From Daphnia carinata (Eukaryota): a stretch of DNA of 64,000 nt. A program made the translations under genes and the position numbers. The stretch is taken from contig NC_081333.1 in assembly GCF_022539665.2 (NCBI RefSeq), positions 12,648,001 through 12,712,000 of the forward strand. The letters are read 5' to 3'. This document shows positions 13,570-27,800 of this stretch, piece by piece (the stretch's first letter is position 1; each line of letters begins with the position of its first letter). A model generated the notes under the pieces. That model was given only the letters and a program-made list of their open reading frames with translations, made no database searches and was not told where the DNA came from.

Positions 13570-16500
13570 AGCTGTGTGTAGCGATAGAAAGAGGAGGAGT
13601 CAATGCATCTTCCAACTGTGTACAGTACCCCGAATAATAAAAAAAAAAAAAAGAAAGGACCCGCTTGGCATTTTCATACAAAAAAAGAAAAAAGGGAAAA
13701 GAATACATGTGTACAACAATTATATACACTGCCAGGAGAAAAGAGAGTGAAGTGGTTTTTCAATATGTTTTGGAGGAGGGGTGGACGAACAAGAAGAAGG
13801 TAAAAAAAAAAATCAGACCGAGAGTTAAAGAAGCCATTCGTTCTGGATACCTGACAATCAATGGAGCGTCTCCGCGAGTATACACACACAAGGCCTGGCT
13901 AGATTTTCGCTATGAATGAACCCAACTGTAGAGGTCCTCTCTCTTTCTTTTTTCAATGTCCATTTACAGGAATTATATAGAAGCGCTCAAAGTCTGGCCA
14001 AACACAAGAAAAGAAGAAGAAAAGTCTTTCATCCCCCCTTTTTTTTTCTTCACAGTTTTTTCATAATGGATTTCATATGCACGCGCGCAGCATGATTTCC
14101 CCTTCAACTTCTTCTTTTATCTAAGAAGAATTGAATTTAAAAAAAAATTGTCCTTTGGATTCTCCCCCTTTGCAGTCATCAAAAAGCGTTTTTACACCAC
14201 CCTTTTTCTATCGAGTGCCAGTCTATCAAAAATCCAGGTGTTTGCGCTCTATCAAACTCGGTGTCTACTACATTAATGAAAAAGATATAGACTCCTCCTT
14301 CAACGTTTAAATACAAGGATAACTCGGTTACATCATCGCCCACATGATGAATTTTTCAATTTGAAAAACGTCTCATTTTTGCTTTTAGGAGATGAATTTC
14401 ACACGCTGTTTGACTCGTTCTAATGTCTTCATCCTCTCTGATTGGCGAGAACGGACTAACCAAACGAACGGCCAAATGCGAGGAATGCTTTTATGAGTGC
14501 ACACACATCAAGAAGAAGAGCTACCGTTTTTTTTTTTCTGAACTTCTCGCTTGACTTCATCATAATCGGCGTATAAAGCCTAACGGGGGCTATCGTTATC
14601 TCTCGTGTGTTGGCCGTATAGATCGAGTTTCGTATATGCTGGCCGTACGCGGTGAAGCGGACGGACTCAGGGACGCCGACAATGGCCCTGAAAAAAAAAA
14701 AAAAAATGGAAGGCCAAGAAAATAAAAGATGATCATCGTTACTGGTTCGTTGGTTTGCTCAGCTGGCGTGTGCTGCTACTGTTTTGCCCCTTTATTTTTC
14801 TTCGACTTTGTTGGAACCTCCGGTGATGATGGATCCGAAGAAGAAAAAAAAACAACACACAAGTCCAGCAGGCTATCAAAAATCATGCGCTGAACAATGT
14901 TACACTGTAGTGGCTTCAACGAGAATTAGCCGTGCGTTGATTCTCTCTCTCTTTCTTTTCGCTTCCATTTTCATGTATGCCCGCGCATTATTTGATGTCA
15001 GCTGATAAAAGAAAAGAAAAAAAGGGAATGAAATTCAGAGCTATGCCAGCTATGTTATTTGCTACTGTATCAACTATTTCGGCTTCCCTTTTTGTTTTCT
15101 TTTTCATTCTTCTGATGAATGTCTTTTCTGGCTGTGCAGCTCGGCCAAGCGTCCACGATCCCTTGATTTTTACGGATGGAACGAGATGGCGATGATACGC
15201 TCTTTCCACCGCGGCCGCGTTGTCAATCAAACCAAACAACAAGAGAGAATTAAAAAAAAAAAAAAAAAGAGAAAATCAAGTGTGTATAGAGGTTGGCTTT
15301 GGTTTCAATGGCACATCGACTCTTCATTGCAAAAAAGCCGGCCTTTTGATGCGAACTGACTTTGTCGGCCTCGCCCTGCCATTTTGGAAAAATGCTGCAC
15401 TTGATACGCATATCATCCCTTAAATCGTACATCGTACAAGTTTTGACTTTTTTTTTCTTTTCAATGGAAAATGAATAAAAAAAAAAAGGGGTCTGCCGCT
15501 TTCTATGCGATGATTTCGCCATTCTTCGGCGGATTAAGCGCGTACGGTAAGGCAGTAAGGCGCCCGCCGAGGACCGCAGCAGCACCCAAAGGTTTACCTT
15601 TTCTGATTCATTTGATGCGATTATCCGAATTTGATGAGATGAGAGTATCGATGGGGTTCCTCTTGTTATTTTCTTGTTTCAACTCGAGTCCCATGCCAGC
15701 AGACGTTTTTTTTTTTTTTTTTTAAATCCGGCGGCAGAGAGCTTAGGTTTTTTTATTTATTTTTTTTTTTTGGCGGTATATTAAAGTCGGTCGCACAATG
15801 TTTGTGCCTTCAACGTTTCCCCTCTTCCGTATGTAAAAAGCAGCGGCATAGAGAGTCGACGAGTCAATCGCCGTGATGCTGGATGGATTTAGTTCAATCC
15901 TGCTTCTATATCCTCCCTTGCCGTCTTAAGCCTGTGGGCTTTCCACTCGGGCGGAATTGGATTTATATTTTTCCCTTCTACCGCCGGCCCAACATGATAT
16001 TCGCTTTTCCTTAAAAAAAAGGGATGTTTCTTTTCTTCAAAGGCTTATCATGTAGAGCTCTGTGTGTGGTCGGTGATTGAAGAGGAGTCTGGAAACCTTA
16101 AAATATGCTCTCGTTTCCATTTATGTATGTATGCAGAGAGATGGCGGATGGAGAGTCGCTTGTCTTTTTTTTTTTTTTATCTATCAATGATGTTATCCGG
16201 CTCTTTTTCTTTTGCGTACTATATACGAAAGGGAAACATTTTTTGATCCGCCCTTTTGGCACATTTACCAAAGGTTAATCCCAAAGACCGATTGCAATCG
16301 TTGGCCTTAGTCTTCCGCCACAATGTCTCTCTGTGTATTCAAATGATGCCACGTACTAATACACACCAATGGATGGCGACAGTCCTTTTTTATTCTATGG
16401 AAGAGTCGCATCTATTTAAACAAGATTTGATGGCCGATGGCAGGTTCACACAGCCAAATGTCAAACTCGAATTTTTGCTTTTTCCCATAGTCAATTTCTT

Positions 16501-19500
16501 TGATGTTTGGACGGCGTTTTCCTCTTGGCCGCTCAATAATTTTCGTTTTGTCCTATTTTCTCAACGTTCCCCCTTTACATTTCGTAAGATCTTACAGAAA
16601 ACCTGTTCCTCTTTTGATAATATAAAAAGAAAACTCGTTTGCAAGTAATAACAACATCCACGTCACTCTATTGAATAATGAGATGGTGAACACTGACGTT
16701 GTTGTCCCTACAAGATTATTAAATAAAGAAACAAGTCGAAACGAGTCGTCCTTTGCTCTCAGCACAACACACAAAAATAGCTGCAACAAATTTTTTAGTT
16801 TTCGTTGATTTGTTTGTCTCTCCCCCCCCCCCCCTCCCTCATTTCTCTATTTGATTTAACGACGTAAATATTTTTTGATTGTAATAGGGAGAGCAACAAG
16901 TCACGCGTGGAATGTCGGCGAGTTGGACACGAGAACAATGTGTAATAGACTTGCAGACAGAGGCCCCTGCAGCTGGTCCTATTTTTTTTTTTTTCTCCTC
17001 CACATATTTTTCTATATGCATATTAATATGTACACGGATACGATTCCATCCTATCTATAGGGCAGAATCACGTCGAAATAGAATTGATTTCTGATTTGTT
17101 TCTGTTTTTTTTTTCTTTGAATGAATGTGAAACTCGTCGGATGAATATAACGAGAGCAAATGTCGTTGCACCTTCTTATCCATGTCTTTTCGTTATATAC
17201 AGGAATGATACAGACACACACGTATAGTCTGTAGAAGAAGAGACGCTATCAGTGGTACATGTATAGCTCTTGCATGTCGGTCAATGGGTTGATGGAATGA
17301 GGGAATTCTGAAAATTGAGCAGCTTGTCTATCATCTGATCAACTTCACTGACTTGCTCATCCTTTCGTCATCATCATCATCAAATTTGAATAGATACATA
17401 AGAAAGACAACAAATAGAACGGGGTAGGACTTTTCCGGATGGAGACATAGCCTCGAAGCGGCCTAGCGTGACATGTGATGGAAAACGAATCTCTACCTTG
17501 AGATCGACGTCACGACCGAAAATGTCGTCTTGTTGTGCCATGTTTTTTTTTTTTTTTTTGGTTGCATGTCACATACACAGGGAGGTGCAGCTTTACATTT
17601 AACGTGTACACAGGAGTTTGAATAGTTGAAACATTTCTTTTTTTGTGTGTGTGGGTTACATCATCAAACGTCTGCAGTGAAACGAGACCAAGTCATTTGT
17701 ATCTACAAGCGCAACATCAAACCAATGCGTCTTGCCTTCTGTGGCACATACAGACGTCGTGGATAAGCATCTCTTTCTATATAAAAAGAATGCAGACAAA
17801 CTCACGAATAAAATGCTGATGTTTATGGCCACTTTATTGATTAGCTACCGGTCTCTTTTTATTCTACTTCTCTCTGCAACATAAGAGCCCGAATGTACAT
17901 CATTCGAGTTGAGTGTAGCAATTCGTGAGTGCACACGCCAGTGAAAATAATCTGACCTTATTTACCTTATAACACGTCGCGTCTCTTCACATTAAAAACC
18001 ACAAACGGGCATCACTCACTAATATAATACGAGAACTAACGAGCAGCTGCCGCCCTTGGGTCATGGAAAATGAAAATCGATTGATCATTTTGATGCGCGC
18101 CTTGCAACTAGTCGACTGCTCGAAAAGCCCATTGAGGCATTTAAAGCTTTTTAGTCACAGCTTTGGTGGCAGCCACTCGCATACCGTCTACAGAAAAAAA
18201 AAAATAAAATCTGGTGGCAGTTCGTATAAGGACAAAACATAATAGAGCCAATAGATATACACTCTTGCTGTTTATATACACGTACATGAACGGCTGTGAA
18301 TATAAATAAAAGGCCCATAGAGCGACAGGCCAACAATCTAGATGGACTCGCTTCCATAATGAAGAGAATGTACATAGCTGCAAAAAAGAAAAAAAAAAAA
18401 AATACATATATAGAAGGGACTGTGGGGTTCACTGGGGGGTCAATGCTGCATGTATTTTGGCAGCGCAACAGGGCGCCCCTCCATCAGAAAAACTCAGCCG
18501 ACCGAGACATACGATTTTTTTTTGCCCCGGCTGTTCTTTCTATTTTCTATTGGGTTACATTTTTTTTTTTTTATTATGATGATGAATATGAATATAAGAG
18601 CCTGTCATCTGACACTATTCCGCGCGTTCCCATACAATTGAGCCACTCTCTGTGTGCATGTTCAACTTTGGAAACACGCATAGCTTTCCCATCGAAAACG
18701 TTCTTTTTTTTTCTGCACGAAATCAGTTTGAAAATTAAGTGTCAGAATAACGAGACAACGTTCGGCCATTTTTTGCAGTTCAAATGTTAAAGAGATTGGA
18801 ATCCATCCGGATCGGGTGAGTGCATCTCTTTGGTGTAGATATATTAGCGTCAATAATGGGCCGTGGGTTAACGAATCTAAAGGTTGGAGCAATGGAGCGT
18901 AAGAATGCTGTAATTGATGATGGATCTATTTTAGGTGTCCCATTAAGATTTGGCTGGATTTTTTTTCATGTTGCTATCTGTCTCATTGTCGACCGGATAG
19001 GGAGGCAATCAGCAAAGAGCGCGCGTTCGGTATGAAAAACGAAAGAGAGGGGGGAAGACTATGCTCGTATCTATTTCTCAGCAGATATCATCATAGCCAT
19101 CGAGGGAGAACGGTGTCTGATAATAATAACGCATTATAGTCATCATATGCTAGTGACTGCTGGTGTGGCGTGTGTGTATATATATAAATGGGACGGGAAC
19201 TTTATTGTTTGGCCGGGAGAGCGACACGTATAAATACGAAAAGGCAGCACATCAAAAGGAAATCGAGCGTCGGGGCTAATGGCAGATAAATGACGTCGCG
19301 CTTGGCCAATCAACCGCTCATCTTCGCTTTTCATATTTCTCTGCCATTCTCTCATATCTCCTTTCGTTCTATTCTTTTCTTCTTGATTCTTTTCGTTATG
19401 TGTGGCGCCTCCGTTTTATCATCGTATATACGGTAGGCGATCGTATTAAATGCAACAACGTAACAATGCAAGAGAATCAGTAGCTCGTTGACTGGCCAAT

Positions 19501-21190
19501 TTCTTTACGATAAAATGAGTCTATTCATACCTCTCTGCACGCGATCCGTTTACTTGGCTGACAAAAAATTTAAAAAAATAAGGACATGACTGATCTTCCG
19601 TTGACATCTGCGCGCTAACCTTTCCCCATTGAAAAAACAAGCCATTGGCCTTTTAATCATTTTTAATTACCCACATGACGATGGGGAAATCTGCATTGGA
19701 CGTGTCAATGCAGCGACTAGTTTGCCATTTGAATTGAAACTTGGGTCTGCCTTTGTGTAGAGTAAGCGTCCCGCGAGAGACACAACAAAGGTCGAATTTT
19801 GAAAGCACAAATTGGAACTTTAATAATCGAGTCATTATGCCAACTGTTTCTCCTAGGAGACTTACGATGACGTCAGAGAGACATTGATGTGCTTTCTCGT
19901 TGAAGAGAGAAAGAAAAAGAGGTGTGTATGTCTCCAAAAAAAAAATACGATGTGTACATGCTATACTTTTGATCGAGTCAAGCGCCCCATTGAGACTCTT
20001 TACATGTCAAGAAAAAAAAAAAGGTCCCATTCTGGGCCGGCCTCTCTTCTCAATGGGGACTTCAATTGTCATCGATAGAAGAAAAGAAGTCTATATATAG
20101 GGCATCATTCTGTGTATCACACGTATATACGTACAGGGTCCGAAAGAAAGAAACGTGTGTATACACTCTATATATATATATAATATTCACATGCCTATGC
20201 GTATTAAACACACGTTATTCGGTGGAAGAGGATATATTAGACAGGCGACAGACAAAGAGTGAAAGGGAGTGTATAACTAACACGATAAAATATACTTTCT
20301 CCTCACATCATCATCCTATTCTATTTTTTTTTTTTAAAGAGTGCACGAAATATAGCTGCCGTGTTTCTTCGTTTTTCAATTGACTGTTGTGCGTTGAACT
20401 GGGGACATTCTGTTTGCTATGGGCCTGGCACATCTTGAACACACACGCATCATTTGGCCCCCACGGATGGTATACCTTTACACAATGAAGCGACGCACAT
20501 GAATTATATGGCCTGCAATGCAGAAGCCCAACGCGCATCAAAGACATACTTCTCTTCGTTTCCATTGACGATGTTTATAGAGTGTGAAAAACTAAGATTG
20601 TATTTTGCTTTTTCCTTGCGAAGGGGAAATTGCGCAAGAGAACATAAGGCTTCAATTGAAGAGGAAGCATCCATCAGTCTTGTCTTAACCCAAAATGTGA
20701 CCTTTATGTGTGACTGTGTCAGTCGCTACCCTAATTACGATGTCCTTCGATTTCTAGATAAATTCGGTAAAGCTATCGCCGCTAATTAGCGGCAACTGAT
20801 ACATCGATTTTCTTTTTTTGAAAAGCCACATCGCAAAATAGAAATGCCCGTATAAAGAAATGCGCATGCCCCGAGTCAGCGGACGATAGTTTGATTGATT
20901 CTGGCTTACGCAATCCCAGTAACGGAGCATGACGACCCATTTCGATAAACAATCACAATCAGAAAAAAGGCAGGAAAGGAAATGCTTGGAAAGACGGTCG
21001 GCCGTACGAGAAAATCGTAAACAAAACACCTACACACGCCTACCGTTTAGTTGTGTGTGTAATCGTCGAGAAAAAGCGGACGAAGAGGCAAATAAAAACA
21101 GCACCGAAAAAATCAGGTCCATGGCAAACGAAAAAGAAGAGGGGAAGCGCACAGAGGGATGTTCCGTTTCCGTTTCGACGTCGTCTCACT

Positions 21191-21345
21191 ATTGGCTGGC
21201 CGGCATTTCCAGCTCCATTGAAAAACGTTCGGGACACGAGCAAAACAACAAAAAAGACCCTCCTTCCCGGGGGCGTCGACTCCATTGGTAGGGTCCCTCC
21301 GACCGAGTCCCATCTCTCCTAGCTCCGCCCATCTTGGCCAGTGTT
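21191..21345 (+). promoter_or_regulatory. Candidate Msx proximal promoter
   Basis: GC-richer patch ~480-630 bp upstream of the ATG. It has inverted CCAAT boxes (ATTGG 21191-21195, 21284-21288), a GC box (CTCCGCCC 21323-21330) and a YR/CAGT initiator-like site near 21339. The TSS is not demonstrated. Confidence 0.4.
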
Positions 21346-21817
21346 AAGGTACACCTTTGTTGCTGCTGGTAGAGTGTAGTGCCTCTAACAGGGGGGAGGA
21401 AGAGCCGCCCCCTTCTCTTTTTGCTTCTATTCTATCAACAATGGCAAAGTCAAGACTTTTCCTTCGCTGCCTGGAGGGCCAAAGGACCGACCCCCTTTAT
21501 ACTCGTTCGGTACGGACGGCCGAGCATTCAGAAAGCGTTGAGCCGAGCTCCAAGAAACAACCGTTCTCTGGAAAAAAAAGTCCTCCACTCCATTTTCAAC
21601 ATTTTGAAATCTTTAATTGAACTCAGCGAAAAAAAAAAACAAAAAAACAAAGTGTCAAGTGTGTTCCTTCATATCGTACTCCATGGTGCATTAAGTGTGT
21701 CGCTATTTGCTTGGTTTAATTCCGGTGTTCTTTGCTTGAATTATAGAAGAGATAGAAGAAAACCCCCCGCAAAAAAAAAGTGTGTTATTGTTTTGTTTTT
21801 CAAGTTCAATCTTTTGA

Positions 21818-24217
<2,400 letters not shown>

Positions 24218-24888
24218 AATCTCCACATGTTTGTCTTCAAAACGTCCCTGTCACCAAATGAAATTATGAAAGATTATATTATGTGTATTTTTGTCATTTG
24301 ATTTCACACACACACACACACAAAAACAACAATGCAGTGCATTTTTCAATTCAAACCTCTTTTTACTCTCCGTCATGTGTAAATAGTGATGTAAATATAA
24401 TAACCTCGTCCTACATTTTAAAAACTGTTTTCCTCCTTTTTGTGTTCATCTGTGGCGATGATGAAATCTCTTCCTGAATGGGTTGTATTATAAAAAAAAA
24501 AAACAACAACAACATTGTCTCACCTTGTTTTTGTTTTTGTTTTGTTTTTTTCCACCTATTTTTTAATTGGATGAAGTTGCGACTGATTGAAGCGCAAAAT
24601 GTTCCCCGTTTCTATTTGGCCAGACCCTCGATGTGTAAATATTCAATAGGGGCACTTCCATCAATTTGGACATGATGTAATTCTTTTTAAATGTAAATGC
24701 ATACAACAACAACAACAAGAAAAGCAAAAACAAAAAGCCCATTCTCTTTTGTATACGCATTTTGTGTTTTGAATTTTGTGTTGTTTTTTTTTTCAAGTTT
24801 GTTTGCCGTGCGTGTATACATCGACTGATGTCTTCATGGCATTTTGGTGCTGCCAATCGTCATCAGCTTTCCGATCTGTTCCAAAAAT

Positions 24889-24894
24889 AATAAA
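24889..24894 (+). terminator. Candidate polyadenylation signal of Msx (AATAAA)
   Basis: First AATAAA I found downstream of the stop codon (24217), after an AU-rich 3'UTR-like stretch. Confidence 0.4.
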
Positions 24895-27800
24895 CTATCC
24901 CTCTCTCTCGTGAATGTGTGGAACAAAAAACAATGCGCGTTACATCGTTGATTTCATTTATCTATTGGATACAATCAGTCCCATCAACGCATAGTTTAGA
25001 GGATGAACAACAGTATTTCTTGTTGTTGATTGATTGTGATATTTTCATATTCTGAAATCAGATCTACTTGGATTCCGATCCATCAAAAGCTTTTCATGCC
25101 CAACCTATCAGACTGTTTATCTATCGGGGGGGATATAACGTTGGGATTCGGCCATCGTGATAATGACAACAACAAAAAGAAAAGGCCTGATGGCGCTGAC
25201 TATACGTGTCGCAACGTCGGGATAGCTTTAGGGACGTAGCAAATAAAAGGGATCGATCAAGTCAACTCACGAACGCTTTGGCCATCCGTCACCATAGCAC
25301 ACGTATCACGCTCTCACGACTGTTACATCTCTATGGACGTTGCATTCCAAACAGACGTCTATACACAATACAATGGATTGTTCACAGTCTGTTATTGTCT
25401 TCATCACGTTGATCTAGAAAGGCAAGACACAACTTTTTTTGCTTTTGTAGTATACCATGGAGAAGTACCGAAAATAAATGTCACCGATCCTTAAAGGCTT
25501 GGCACATCTCCCACTGGGTTTCATCGCCGACGCTCCGTGACGATCGTGCAGCTGCACGACGCTTTTCTTCAGAGGGTATGGCAATATGCTGCCATCTTTT
25601 TCTTTTTTTTTTTTAAAACGTTTAATTTAAAAAAAAAAATAAAGGTTATTTATTAATTATATTTTTCTATTTTCTGTGTCCATCAAGAACAGCGCACAAA
25701 GTGGTTAATTGCGTGTCGTGCATATGGGCAGCAACTGGGACCCTTTTTTATATCAAATCACGGTTGCCTTGGTAACCAGGATACAATTAGAATATTATTT
25801 TTTCTTTTAACCCTCTCCATCCTCACAAAAATAAGGCTATTAATTTTTTTTTTGCGGTTTTAATTTGAGTGAGCTGAAGGGAACGAAAGTGCAGGTAGCA
25901 TTCGGCATCGTGAGTATTTGCGTGCATTTATGAAAATTTCGTGCCACAAAGCACGTCTAATCGCGTCTCACGCATATTTACATCAACAGCCAATATCCAA
26001 GCATTTTTTTTTCATGTTCTAATCAACTGTAAGCGAGTGTTTCTTTTTCAAACATGTTTAAACGAAATTCAAATGGAACATTTTTGGAATGTTTTGAAGG
26101 TTGTGTGCGCTCGAATAGTTATATATCTACAGATTTCAGTTTTTGTAGCACATTATGGCGTGTTTGTTTTGTATGGTTTCACAGCCACGTCTTAACTCTC
26201 CCCCACCCATTTTTTTTTTCTAGTTTCAAACTTGACACAAATCAAACGCAATTCAAGTGCATCGCCCCTCCTAAAAAAAAAAGAGATTTATCGATCCTGC
26301 GTTTTGTGTCGGGGCCCCGTCCGTCCCGCAATTGTGCATATATAATTAGAACCAAACCGACCGCAACCCAATACAATTGAGACGGAGAGACGTGCAGAGT
26401 GTATAATCACGCGATATTATGAGGTGCGTGTAAAGCCTAGACGGTGTGGGCACAACGGGTCGTAGGGGGCAAAGGCATCAAACAATCGATACAACACAAC
26501 ACGCACCAGCAATCACGGAGATAATTAATAGACGCCAGACTGATGATAATGGCCTGTGTATAAAACCTTTTTTTCTAGTAGAAAAAACAACAATCGACAT
26601 TCCAGCAGAAAACGACACGAAAAGAAAGGGGAATCTAAATGAAGAGGTCCAATGAAAAAAGTCAGGTGTTGCAACGGTGGGGTTAACTTGTTATGCTTCG
26701 TTGAACAGCTGAATAGTTCAAAGAAATTGTAAGAATCGAATTGAGAAATGAGAGGCAGGTCCTTCTATGTGGCGCACCTCTACCAGAAGAGGATTTTTTT
26801 TTTTATGTCTATAGAAAACGAATACAATCGATTAGAAGATGGATGGCTTTTTGCTCTACTCTTCGTCTGTACCTTTACGGACCCTGATGGCAGTTGTTGT
26901 CCGGATGAATGGATGGCGATTCACAATGAGACCGCATGGAGTACATCATTCGAGAACCAGAATACATGCGAAAGTAATACGTCTTCAATTAAAAAGAATC
27001 AGGTATAAGGGCCCTTTTTGGAAAAAAAAAAACGTTTAAAGAGCCAAAGTGGACGCTATTCGTTGACAAATGATTGGAGAATCAAATCGACATCAAACTG
27101 TGTGTGCGAAATTCTCGCATTGTCTGAGCTGTATCGAATTCTCGTTTTTTTTTTTACCTGAGTTCTCAGACCTTTAAGGCACATCAGTTTTTTTTTTCAA
27201 TAGAAATAACTACCCCGACCTCCTTACACGGTCGTCAAAAGGATAGAAAAACACCCACTACTCGAGGACATAATTTTTCTTTCCCTTTCTCCTTTGGCGA
27301 AAGGAATGTCCAATTTCTCAGTCCATTTTTGAACCTTTTTTTTTTCGATTGATATTTTTCTTACGTAACAGCAAAAAAAAAAAATATGTGTCGAGTCAAT
27401 GCGATGATATTTCAGTTCGTAAATGTGGTCAGCCTTTATTTTTTTTTTTTGGGACTGGTGGGTTGTGGCTATTGATCTTCGTACGGATTTCAACAAGGCG
27501 TCACGTTACGCGTTGAATGTAATCCTGGACACAGTGCACAAACTGTCGTCTATAAAAAACCATTTGCCAAAGTGCTACACAAAGAGGGAGGGACCGAACA
27601 ACAAGAAACACATTTCTATGGAATCAAATGGAATATGTACAAGGGCACGTTGTATACAAGATTCAATTCAAATTTCAGGTGTGTGTGTGTGTATCAAAAG
27701 GCAGCAGCATGGAATGCGCATTCATCAACTTGCCGCGTTTTGCTGTCCTGGAATGTTATTCGTCCCTTTTTTTTTTTCCTGAAATATAAAAATCTGATTT

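Noticed and set aside
18296..18790. 164-aa ORF
   Set aside because: Non-ATG start, poly-K and poly-F from homopolymer runs, and no homology recognised.
20929..21291. 120-aa K/E/R-rich ORF upstream of the Msx promoter
   Set aside because: The composition follows from a purine-rich strand. It has no recognisable domain or splice structure and overlaps the promoter-like patch.
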